NCBI GenBank assembly: GCA_011391015.1 | Contig: JAABRH010000001.1 | Span: forward strand, 2,688-66,687 | Source of the DNA: Sulfurovum sp. | GTDB lineage: Bacteria; Campylobacterota; Campylobacteria; Campylobacterales; Sulfurovaceae | Reading direction: 5' to 3' | DNA: 64,000 nucleotides | Part shown: piece by piece, positions 52,039 through 60,539 of the stretch | Position numbering within the stretch: the first letter of the stretch is position 1 | How the letters are laid out: each line of letters begins with the position of its first letter | The notes under the pieces: model-generated | What the model was told of the DNA's origin: nothing | The model's input: the letters and a program-made list of their open reading frames with translations, nothing else | Databases searched by the model: none | Position numbers and translations under genes: made by a program

Positions 52039-53838
52039 ATGTTGGAATTTGAAGAATCCATAGGCAAAATTTGGAATCATGTTTTAACAAAAAAAACAAA
52101 TACGGCGTATGAAGACAAAAGAGTGTTTTTTGAAGATAAAAGTAAAGTTCTAAACATTTTTTATCGTCTTTTGGGCGGTGAAAACGGAAAAGAGTTACAT
52201 GTCACAGATAAACGATTTATCGACACTTCTCGTACGCTGCTTCAAAAAATATCAGGTTCAGGCAAGATATTTTTTCTTGCCTGGCAAGATGAAACAGGTG
52301 TATACCTTCCTTCCTCTTTGGCTTATTTTGACTCACATGAACAAAATAGTATGATGTATATCTGGCTTGTTGCGATGGCTACAAGATTTGATAGATACAG
52401 AGGAAATTTAGTTGAAAAAAACTTTCATGCCTCTTCGGAGTTACTCAATAGATATCCAGGGTTTATAGCTTTTTATAAGAAAGCAGTTGACCAACTCATA
52501 GAAAAAAATGAAAAATTGTCATTTGTTAAGTCTTTAGATGGAGAAAATTTAACAGATGAAGATTATCTTGAGCATTTGGATTTGTATCCATTTCCATTAT
52601 GGCTTTATCCGCCACTGTCTTCTAAAAAAAAGTATAGTGAGTTTGATGATAAAGACGAACCCGTACGAGGCAATAATCAAACAGAAAAAATAGATACGCT
52701 CAAGATGAAAAAACAAGCCAGTCAAATAGATGATAAAAAACAGACCGATGGTTTATTGGCCTTTTTACCCGATGCCTTGATGAGCATTATGGAGCAGGTC
52801 AATGTGGACAGAAGTGAGGATGACAGTTTTGATGAAGATGCGTTATACAATGCTGAAGATTTAGATGAGATTACATTAGGGCAAAAAAAAGCAAATTTAA
52901 ATGCAAGGCTGAAAATGGATCTGGATATTTCTTCCAACTCTAAAGAGGAGTACCCGATAGGAAAAGGATATTTTATAGATGAATGGGATTATTCAAAAGA
53001 CAAATATCTAAAGCACTATGTTTGCATCAAACCACTGATCACAACCAATATAGAACCTGTAGCCTTTCCCTTGCATTTAAAGAAAATATACAAAAAAATT
53101 CAGGCAGAACTTGATCTGATGCAGTTGGACCGCATTAAAAATACAAATCTTCCTTATGGAGATGAGCTAAATTTAGATACATGGATAGAGTATAAAGGTC
53201 ATCAAAACAAATCAGGGCATCATCAAAAATTTTATACAAATTTTGAGCGAAAGATGCGAGACATGTCTACACTTATTTTAGCTGATATCTCACTTTCAAC
53301 TGAAGCAGCAATTACACAAGAAATAAGAGTCATAGATGCCATAAAAGATTCACTGATGGTATTTTCAGAATCACTTGAATATCTAGAAGACAGATTTGCC
53401 ATATATGCTTTTTCATCACTAAAGAATACGAATGTACGGTTCCATATCATCAAAAACTTTAAAGAGAAGTACTCTGACTATGTTCGTGGAAAAATAGATA
53501 ATATAAAACCGGGTTATTATACCCGTTTGGGGGCAGCTATAAGAGAAAGCTCAAAAATTCTCAACAAACAACAAAGCCTCAATAAATTACTTTTGATCAT
53601 CAGTGATGGTAAGCCAAATGATGTTGATCGATATGACGGCAGGTATGGGATAGAAGATACAAAAAAAGCGATACTGGAAGCTAAAAAATTGGGGCTGGTG
53701 CCATTTTGTATCACGATAGACATAGAAGCTAAAGATTATCTATCATACTTGTTCGGAAAAAATGGGTATGTTGTTGTAAGAGATTCTAAAAAATTACCGA
53801 AAATTCTACCAGAAATATATATGAGTTTAACCAAATAA
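52039..53838 (+). CDS. norD: NOR activation protein NorD (VWA)
   Basis: DEWDY, DISLST MIDAS, PGYYTRLGAAIR, SDGKPND. Confidence 0.93.
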   Translation: MLEFEESIGKIWNHVLTKKTNTAYEDKRVFFEDKSKVLNIFYRLLGGENGKELHVTDKRFIDTSRTLLQKISGSGKIFFLAWQDETGVYLPSSLAYFDSHEQNSMMYIWLVAMATRFDRYRGNLVEKNFHASSELLNRYPGFIAFYKKAVDQLIEKNEKLSFVKSLDGENLTDEDYLEHLDLYPFPLWLYPPLSSKKKYSEFDDKDEPVRGNNQTEKIDTLKMKKQASQIDDKKQTDGLLAFLPDALMSIMEQVNVDRSEDDSFDEDALYNAEDLDEITLGQKKANLNARLKMDLDISSNSKEEYPIGKGYFIDEWDYSKDKYLKHYVCIKPLITTNIEPVAFPLHLKKIYKKIQAELDLMQLDRIKNTNLPYGDELNLDTWIEYKGHQNKSGHHQKFYTNFERKMRDMSTLILADISLSTEAAITQEIRVIDAIKDSLMVFSESLEYLEDRFAIYAFSSLKNTNVRFHIIKNFKEKYSDYVRGKIDNIKPGYYTRLGAAIRESSKILNKQQSLNKLLLIISDGKPNDVDRYDGRYGIEDTKKAILEAKKLGLVPFCITIDIEAKDYLSYLFGKNGYVVVRDSKKLPKILPEIYMSLTK

Positions 53839-53847
53839 GGAAAAATA

Positions 53848-54633
53848 ATGTCAAAAATATATTACAAAGAACACGCAAATGAAGTTGAACTTTTTGAAGC
53901 AGCCGCTTCAATGCATTTACCCATCTTAATTAAAGGTCCAACTGGATGTGGTAAAACAAGATTTATAGAAGCTATGGGTGAAAAACTTGGCCGTAAAGTT
54001 TATACGGTAGTATGCCATGATGATTTAAGTGCTGCTGATTTGGTAGGACGTCACCTTATTGATGAAGGTGGGACTTTCTGGCAAGATGGACCACTCACAA
54101 AGGCTGTGCGAGATGGCGGTATCTGTTACCTTGATGAGATTATAGAAGCGAGAAAAGATACAACTGTTGTATTGCACTCTTTGGCGGATTACAGAAGAGT
54201 ATTGCCTATTGACAGAACAGGTGAATTGATAGAAGCACATCCGGATTTTATGCTGGTGGTCTCCTATAATCCAGGGTATCAAAATGTACTTAAAGGCATG
54301 AAACCCAGTACAAAACAACGTTTTATCTCACTTAGTTTTACTTATCCTAATGCTGATATTGAAAAAGAAATCATCATAAAAGAGAGTGGGGTTAATGCTG
54401 ACATAGCTCAAAAGCTTGTAGAGATTGCAGGGGAAATTCGCAAACTAAACGACAACGAAATTGAAGAAGCAGTTTCAACAAGATTACTTGTTTATGCTGC
54501 AAAACTAATCGTAAAAGGGTTTGATGAATATGAGGCTTGTATGCACTCCATAGTAGAATCTTTAAGTGATGATGATGAAGTGATAGAAGTACTGAAGAAA
54601 CTCATAGATTTACACTTTCATTCTAAAAGTTAA
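53848..54633 (+). CDS. norQ: CbbQ/NirQ/NorQ AAA ATPase
   Basis: KGPTGCGKTRF, CYLDEIIEAR, SYNPGYQ, STRLL. Confidence 0.95.
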   Translation: MSKIYYKEHANEVELFEAAASMHLPILIKGPTGCGKTRFIEAMGEKLGRKVYTVVCHDDLSAADLVGRHLIDEGGTFWQDGPLTKAVRDGGICYLDEIIEARKDTTVVLHSLADYRRVLPIDRTGELIEAHPDFMLVVSYNPGYQNVLKGMKPSTKQRFISLSFTYPNADIEKEIIIKESGVNADIAQKLVEIAGEIRKLNDNEIEEAVSTRLLVYAAKLIVKGFDEYEACMHSIVESLSDDDEVIEVLKKLIDLHFHSKS

Positions 54634-54669
54634 ATAATCTCTTTACAATTTCCGTTAAGGACTAGGATA

Positions 54670-54720
54670 CCGGTTTGCACTTATGCAGCTACCCAAAAGG
54701 GTAGCGCTAAAGAGAACCGG
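54670..54720. repeat. Branched stem-loop element between convergent norQ and porin genes
   Basis: Outer CCGGTT/AACCGG, inner TGCA-CTTA-TGCA and GCTACCC-AAAA-GGGTAGC. Confidence 0.55.
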
Positions 54721-54722
54721 AT

Positions 54723-55961
54723 TTAAAACTTATAATCCAACTGAACCCAATATCTTTGTACGTCATTCTGTGCTGCTGAGATAACAGAGTTAGACTCACC
54801 AGAGAAAAAGGCAGCTTTTGCCAAGAAATTTAACTTTGCTGAAAAGTCATAAGTATAAAGTAGATCGAATTCACTTCCGGCATCATCTACAGTGTTTGCT
54901 AAAGACTCCTTCGCACTGAAGTCATGATAGAACCCAAGTATTTTACCGTATTTCGGATCAGCATAACCAATCTTTGCATAGGCGTCATTTAAACCAAATT
55001 TTGTGCTTCCGGCTGTGTAGCCCAAGAAAACATCAGCAAATCCTTGCCATTTGTGCAGCGTTGCAAGCGGTGTGGTAAATCCATGACTGTTATCTTCTGC
55101 TTCACCCAATGACTCATACGCAACACCAAAGATAAACCCGTTGTAGACTGTACCCACATCTACACGGTAGTACATGGCATCTACTGAAGGTTTGCCCATA
55201 GTTTCATATTCCATTGTTGCATCTTGCTGTGTTGCTGCTTCAGCGATATAATTGACCATACCTGCTTTTCCTGAAGCCATAAGTCCATAAGTATTACTGC
55301 TTGACCCGATTAAATACCCATACCCGGTAAGTTTAAGTTCCTGTATTGCCTGATAGTCAGCATGAAGCAGTGCGGTTTCAGTACCGCTTGAAAGCGCTTC
55401 GGTAATCCCGTAGCGATCAGTGACATATGATGCCATCAACCCTAGGTTTTCTATGGAGGTATTGTTTACCGTATATCCCATAAAGGTTTGAGGCATCTGT
55501 CTCCAGTCTACAGCCCCTACAAAACGTTCATCATCAAGATTTACCATTTGTCGACCCAGTCTAAAAAGTGTTTTATCTATTTTATAATCCAAATACGCTT
55601 GTGTAACACGCGCATTTTCAGGGTCTGCTATAGTTGCATACCCCGCTTGCTCTGGTGCATACTCATCATAATCGAAGTTTGTCACAGCGATGATTTGTCC
55701 AAATACACTTAGTCCTTCAATGTCAGCCAAACCTGCTGCAGTAGAGAGGGCAAATCGTGCAGTCATCGCATTGGCTACATCATTCACACTGTCATCTGCA
55801 TTCTCATAACGTGGACGCAATTCTCCATTAAATTTTATATTGTTAAAAATCTCAATATCTGAAGTACTCTTTGTTTCTGCAACTGGTTCAACAGCAGTAA
55901 TTTCTCCTTCTGCCATTATCATAGTTGATGCCAATATTGAAAGTAGTACTGCTTGTTTCAT
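54723..55961 (-). CDS. Outer-membrane beta-barrel porin (alginate-export-like family)
   Basis: Signal peptide, GELRPRYE, GRQ...DDERFVGAVDWRQ, TPLATLHKWQGFADVF, C-terminal YKF; SD AGGAG before ATG 55961. Confidence 0.85.
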   Translation of the reverse strand: MKQAVLLSILASTMIMAEGEITAVEPVAETKSTSDIEIFNNIKFNGELRPRYENADDSVNDVANAMTARFALSTAAGLADIEGLSVFGQIIAVTNFDYDEYAPEQAGYATIADPENARVTQAYLDYKIDKTLFRLGRQMVNLDDERFVGAVDWRQMPQTFMGYTVNNTSIENLGLMASYVTDRYGITEALSSGTETALLHADYQAIQELKLTGYGYLIGSSSNTYGLMASGKAGMVNYIAEAATQQDATMEYETMGKPSVDAMYYRVDVGTVYNGFIFGVAYESLGEAEDNSHGFTTPLATLHKWQGFADVFLGYTAGSTKFGLNDAYAKIGYADPKYGKILGFYHDFSAKESLANTVDDAGSEFDLLYTYDFSAKLNFLAKAAFFSGESNSVISAAQNDVQRYWVQLDYKF

Positions 55962-56026
55962 TTCAGACTCCTGTTGGTTATTTATTCGCCAAAGAATATT
56001 AGTAGACAATTCTAGGACATAAAAGT

Positions 56027-56068
56027 ATTATGACTGCATAGTTGAAACATGAACTTGATTTTCGTCAA
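56027..56068 (-). promoter_or_regulatory. Class II Crp/Fnr-type promoter of the porin gene
   Basis: TTGAT-TTTC-GTCAA (56055-56068) centred 29.5 bp from CATAAT (56027-56032). Confidence 0.65.
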
Positions 56069-56404
56069 GAAAACAAATATAAATTATTATTTTTATACTT
56101 TATGGTGTTATTTTAGAAAAAAGTTATCACATAAGAGTGAAAAAATGAGTATTTAGGGAATGGAGAATAGGCATTTGAGCTGTCAAAGGCAGTTCAAGAA
56201 TACAAAGATGAGATCAAGTCAAAGAGATATTGAGATAGAGGAGTTGGAATGATCACAAAAATAGTTGCCTCTTCTGTTGGAGTAGAGTTGTTCAGAGTTT
56301 TGTGTCAACCTATAGATAAGAATTGTATCACAATTAATTGTCTATGCTCATGTAAGAGAAGCATTTATTTATATGCTTTTTAGACCACGTTTCATTTGAT
56401 AGTT

Positions 56405-56526
56405 TTCCTTATAAAAACCTCCTATTTGGAACATTTTATAAGGTTTTTTATTGAAAGGTACATAGTTGTGGCCCAAAAACGTCGCTACAGCAAATAACCT
56501 TATAAAATATGTTAGATTATAAGGTT
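56405..56526. repeat. Left res-like unit: two palindromes 50 bp apart
   Basis: TTCCTTATAAAA-N17-TTTTATAAGGTT (56405-56445) and AACCTTATAAAA-TATGTTA-GATTATAAGGTT (56496-56526); inverted homolog at 60110-60220. Confidence 0.65.
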
Positions 56527-56549
56527 TTCATTTTTAGGGAATAAAAAGT

Positions 56550-56638
56550 GCGTAACGTCTAGCTCATCCACGGCGGGGAGGGAAGCCCGAATTCAAACTG
56601 GAGTGTTACCCGCCGTTGGATGGAGCGTCTTGTTGGCC
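56550..56638 (-). mobile_element. Integron attC site (89 bp)
   Basis: R'' GGCCAAC, 5 nt, L'' GCTCCATC with extra C, stem with extra A, L' GATGAGC, 5 nt, R' GTTACGC. Confidence 0.88.
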
Positions 56639-57674
56639 TCTTTGATTATGTGTCGGTAAAGTAGTCCGAGGCGATTCTCTTGACCTCGCAGTTGGAAGTT
56701 TTCGCTACTCCGACACCGTTTCGATCCGAGAAGTGTGAAGGCTGCTGGAAAGCTCATGAGAGGACTGGAGGGCTGGGAAATGGGTTGTCGTTACACATTC
56801 GCTAAGTCCCCTTTGCCCACGTTCTTGAGCACCACATACCACAGAACAAGGGCGGTCATGATCTCGATGGGGCCCTGAATGTAATCATGCGCCACAATTG
56901 CAAGGTCCCCAGAGATCAATGTTGAGAACTGCACGAAGTCCCACAACCAATGGACAATCATCAGCGGAATAATGTTCCGCAGGTGCAGCATCAATGGCGC
57001 GAACAACATGCCCCACCGGAATGTGTAACCCAGCTGCTGAAGCACGTCGGGCAAGGGCTCCCCGCCGAAGACATTGACGGAGTGCAGGAGCGCGAAACCA
57101 ACGGCACTGGCAAACATGGCAAGCGCGACCCGCGTCCGACTCGATTGTTCACCGAGGAACGAATGTAGGAGGATTCCGCGGAAGGCCAGTTCCTCGCCAG
57201 TCCCAATCAGCAATGTCACGAAGCCGAAGAAAGCAAAGGTGCTCCAGTTCGGGCTGCTGAAAGGAAAGGCAGACATGGCCTCGAGGCTCACAACCCATTT
57301 GTAGAGCAAAAACACCACGAACGGCGCGAGCCAGACCAGCCGTGTTGCATTGAGCTTGCCGAAACCTGCGTTGCGCCAGCCGAAAAAAAGGATCACGAAG
57401 ACGACGTTGATGATATTGAGAAGTATCAATATCGGCCAGAACGTATCGAACATTTCAGGAGATCCGTAGACGATCCCCTGATGGCCCATGTATATCATAC
57501 CCACGCCCATGATGGCGATGTAGACCAAGGCTGCGAGCATGCCTATCAGCGGCTTGTTTTCAGGTTTTACAGTCATTGCGGCGACCTTTGGCGGGAGGGA
57601 TTCGGGAGCCCTGGGAGTGGATTCAGGTGACTGACTAGATTGCGTGTGAAATGGGTCATTATTTTCTTGGCCAA
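56556..57674 (-). mobile_element. Integron gene cassette (1119 bp, GC-rich)
   Basis: Begins TTGGCC, complementary to its own R'' GGCCAAC; sharp GC shift at both boundaries. Confidence 0.85.
56791..57576 (-). CDS. CPBP (Abi/CAAX) family intramembrane metalloprotease
   Basis: EELAFRG, FALLH, HWLWD motifs; multi-TM; GC-rich codons unlike the host. Confidence 0.9.
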   Translation of the reverse strand: MTVKPENKPLIGMLAALVYIAIMGVGMIYMGHQGIVYGSPEMFDTFWPILILLNIINVVFVILFFGWRNAGFGKLNATRLVWLAPFVVFLLYKWVVSLEAMSAFPFSSPNWSTFAFFGFVTLLIGTGEELAFRGILLHSFLGEQSSRTRVALAMFASAVGFALLHSVNVFGGEPLPDVLQQLGYTFRWGMLFAPLMLHLRNIIPLMIVHWLWDFVQFSTLISGDLAIVAHDYIQGPIEIMTALVLWYVVLKNVGKGDLANV

Positions 57675-57705
57675 CTATTTATTCAGGGAACACAATGTCC
57701 TTTTA
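57669..57705 (-). mobile_element. attI-like site
   Basis: CCTGAAT-AAATA-GTTGGCC has the 7-5-7 layout of attI1 (CCCTAAA-ACAAA-GTTRRRY); plus-strand ATGTCCT repeats near 57695, 57813 and 57892. Confidence 0.7.
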
Positions 57706-57906
57706 TTACGATATTTCAGCATTAAGAGTATATCAAATATGTCTTCATATTAATGAAAATAGGTAGAATTTGTATATTTTTCTAGTTTTTCATAGGATTA
57801 CAATAATTACTTATGTCCTTTTAGGCTGTAAATAGCAATTATTTGGACAAAGTGTTCTGTTATTTGTTGATTTCTGGCAATAACAGACAAAATGTCCTGT
57901 TTACAA

Positions 57907-57937
57907 AACCTTAGAAAATATATAACTTTATGAGCTT
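57907..57937. repeat. Degenerate 31-bp palindromic site
   Basis: AACCTTAGAAAA-TATATAA-CTTTATGAGCTT (arms 11/12 and 9/12 to consensus). Confidence 0.55.
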
Positions 57938-58074
57938 TTTATTTCCGAGTTGCATTTGTAAACACTGCTAAAATTAATTGAATAATTTCCTTTCATACCC
58001 ATAGGGAAATATACCCATGTATATCATATTTTAGTTTTGGCATAATAGAGTATCTTAAAAATAGGAGTTATGGC

Positions 58075-58275
58075 ATGACTGAAGAAAATCACAATAGGTT
58101 AGAAGCATTGAGTCCAGAAGGAAAGGATGCATATATCACAGCTAAGACACGTATATTGGATGCTATAGGAAAGATGGACTTACTTAAAGATGCATCATTA
58201 ACCGATGAAGAGAAAAGTACTATTTACGAATTGCTTGATGACACTGCATTTTTAATGAAAAGTAAAAAACTCTAA
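58075..58275 (+). CDS. Small hypothetical protein (66 aa)
   Basis: SD AGGAG 7 nt upstream, TGGCATAAT -10-like box; helical composition. Confidence 0.65.
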   Translation: MTEENHNRLEALSPEGKDAYITAKTRILDAIGKMDLLKDASLTDEEKSTIYELLDDTAFLMKSKKL

Positions 58276-58405
58276 TATCAATAATATTGTTGTAAAACGG
58301 TTTATCAAATGAAAGTAATGAGTGAAGACCTTGAATAGATATTGTTTATAAAGGAAATCCACTCGAGAAAAAGTTTGAAATAGTGATGTTTAAATAAATA
58401 CATGA

Positions 58406-58436
58406 AACCTTATAAAATATATAATTTTATAAGGTT
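58406..58436. repeat. Perfect 31-bp palindromic site
   Basis: AACCTTATAAAA-TATATAA-TTTTATAAGGTT. Confidence 0.7.
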
Positions 58437-58737
58437 TTTTCTCGTAATATTTTCCCTTCTTTTTTTCAATACAAGACCTGAAAAAAGACCCATAGCATTT
58501 TAAAAATATATACAAAGCCTTTATGTATGGACCCTTATTGCAATCCGACCTCCGACTCATATGTTTGTTGGTGATAATATTTTGCATCTCTTAACCCAAA
58601 AATTAAAATAAAAAAACGCTAAACTCTTCCCCCCATGCGACCTAACTACCCTAAATATTTTACAAGCTAAAAAACTATAATTCTCTCGTTTTATGACCAG
58701 AATTGCCCTATAAATTTTAAGGCCTATTAATCCATAA

Positions 58738-59091
58738 CTAAAATGTTAAAACTTGTTTACTTTGGCTTACCCAGTCAGAAAGTACTTGCATTGTTGAAGA
58801 TATACTCTCATCGAAATAAGGCTCATTTTTATATAATCCACACCGTGCATTACATGTACCGCAAACCTGCAATGACACACCAGTTTCATACATATTTTTA
58901 AGTATAGCGACCAAATCATGGTCATAGCTTTCAGGCTTACTCATTTTATCCCTAGCAAGATCAACGGCATCATTCATTAAAAAAATGTTTACCTTCTCAC
59001 CATTTTTGTGTAGAGTCGAAGCCAAACGAAGTGCATTCCATGTTACGTCTGAACCGTCATACGGATGGTGGTTTAGTATGATCGTTATCAT
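58738..59091 (-). CDS. DsrE/YchN-family protein
   Basis: PYDGSD..WNALRLA, FLMNDAVD, VCGTCNARCG, end QVLTF. Confidence 0.88.
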   Translation of the reverse strand: MITIILNHHPYDGSDVTWNALRLASTLHKNGEKVNIFLMNDAVDLARDKMSKPESYDHDLVAILKNMYETGVSLQVCGTCNARCGLYKNEPYFDESISSTMQVLSDWVSQSKQVLTF

Positions 59092-59528
59092 TATTTTATC
59101 TCCTTCGTGAGTGATTTTAATGTGTTGAACAATGTATTTGTCTGCGCATAAAGTTCGGATTTTTTATCTAGTGTATCCAGAATCATTTGCATATTTTGTG
59201 TTGAAATAACTACATTGGATTCATCTTCATAGATGGCAACACGACATGGCATAAAAGGCGCAAATTGTGTCTCTTCTGTTAAAACCAGTGCTGCAACTTT
59301 GGCTTGACAAACCTCATAAATATATACTTTCTTGTTAATGGGAAAGCCTTTATCTTTAACTACTTCATGATACACATAATGGTGCAAAAGAGCAAAATTA
59401 TATTTTACACACGCAGATTCAACTGCACTCACTACCTCAGATATCTCTTTTGTGCTTTCAACCCTGTAAGTCATCATCTCAAACAACTTCTTTTTACTGA
59501 GTAAAAGCTTCATTAGCGTCTCTAGCAT
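59091..59528 (-). CDS. DUF302 protein
   Basis: IYEVC..KVA, FMPCRVAIYE; SD AAGGA; TAATG coupling to the DsrE gene. Confidence 0.85.
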   Translation of the reverse strand: MLETLMKLLLSKKKLFEMMTYRVESTKEISEVVSAVESACVKYNFALLHHYVYHEVVKDKGFPINKKVYIYEVCQAKVAALVLTEETQFAPFMPCRVAIYEDESNVVISTQNMQMILDTLDKKSELYAQTNTLFNTLKSLTKEIK

Positions 59529-59616
59529 ATATATATTTCCTTTTTAACAAATTAGGCATTTAGCTAAATACTTGTTGTTATGCTATAATAAACTAAATAA
59601 AATGTCAAGGATGATC

Positions 59617-59991
59617 ATGTTGGATATGCACCAAAAGATTAAAATCTTTAAAGCACTGGGAAATGAAACACGTTTTTTAATTTTTAAAAATGTATTTACA
59701 GGTGGCTACACATGTTCATTGGATAAAAAAGATCCCAATGTCACAGTCAGTTCACATGCTACGTGCGTAAGTACCATTGCTGAACATTTTAATTTTTCTT
59801 TACCAACCATTTCAAAACATTTAAAAGAATTACGTGAAGCCAATATTGTCACGATGGAGAAAAAGGGAAATAAAATTTATATAGAACCCAATATTGAAAC
59901 CATAAGAGAATTAGGAGGGTGCTTTACTACCCTTGTAGAAAACTTTGAGGAGAATCGTGAACTTTTTTTTGGGGATGTTGTAGTAAGTTAG
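59617..59991 (+). CDS. ArsR/SmtB-family regulator
   Basis: FKALGNETRFLI, CV..IA..F..SLPTISKHLKELREANIV; TGCTATAAT at 59581. Confidence 0.9.
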   Translation: MLDMHQKIKIFKALGNETRFLIFKNVFTGGYTCSLDKKDPNVTVSSHATCVSTIAEHFNFSLPTISKHLKELREANIVTMEKKGNKIYIEPNIETIRELGGCFTTLVENFEENRELFFGDVVVS

Positions 59992-60109
59992 GCTTGCTGC
60001 AAAAATAAAGCCCTAAGAGTGCTTCCATATGTTCTGCTATGCTGATTTGAGTAATAAGCTCAATTTTTTGAAATGGATAATTATAGCTTTTTGGATTTTA
60101 TCGCTTTAA

Positions 60110-60220
60110 ATCCTGGTAATCTAACATATTTTATAAGGTTCCTCGATGTAGCGATGCTCCGAGACCATTAATATGCAACCAAGTATTTAAAACATGCTAT
60201 ATAGAATATTTTATAATGAA
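60110..60220. repeat. Right res-like unit, inverted relative to 56405-56526
   Basis: Reverse complement contains TCGCTACA-N6-AACCTTATAAAATATGTTAGATTA as at 56482-56519; second degenerate palindrome 50 bp away (60191-60220). Confidence 0.65.
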
Positions 60221-60539
60221 AAGCATATCATCTAGACTACTATTATTTTTAAAATTCGCGTATATATAGACTTTAAAGATCTCCATTTTTCCAAAAGAAG
60301 TTCGATAAAGAATTTATACATGGAGTAGGCCAAGTGCATTGAAAATAAACTTAATTAAAGATCAATAAGATACTTGGATATAAAATTTCTTGCGAAGCAT
60401 TTTATGCAAAATGAACGACAAGACCAATTCTTATGAGGTGTTGCATTTGCGATCCGGGTTGGTGGTGTAAAGTTAGTATGAATTATTTTTAAAAGGTATA
60501 ATAGTCCCCTATAAACTAAATGGGCTAAGGGTTGTGGGC

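Noticed and set aside
56146-56250. Coding-like fragment (ELSKAVQEYKDEIKSKRY)
   Set aside because: Too short and broken to assign; possibly a gene remnant at the edge of the accessory patch.
56496-56526. XerCD dif site (ATATGTTAGAT resembles the XerD arm)
   Set aside because: No XerC-like arm at 6-bp spacing and no match to the XerH dif as I recall it; the symmetric 12-7-12 reading fits all copies.
57995-58024. CsoR/RcnR-like operator ATACCC-ATA-GGGAAAT
   Set aside because: Imperfect dyad and no cognate regulator or metal gene adjacent.
58390-58587. 65-aa minus-strand ORF
   Set aside because: Runs through the palindromic site, AT-rich, no recognisable motif.
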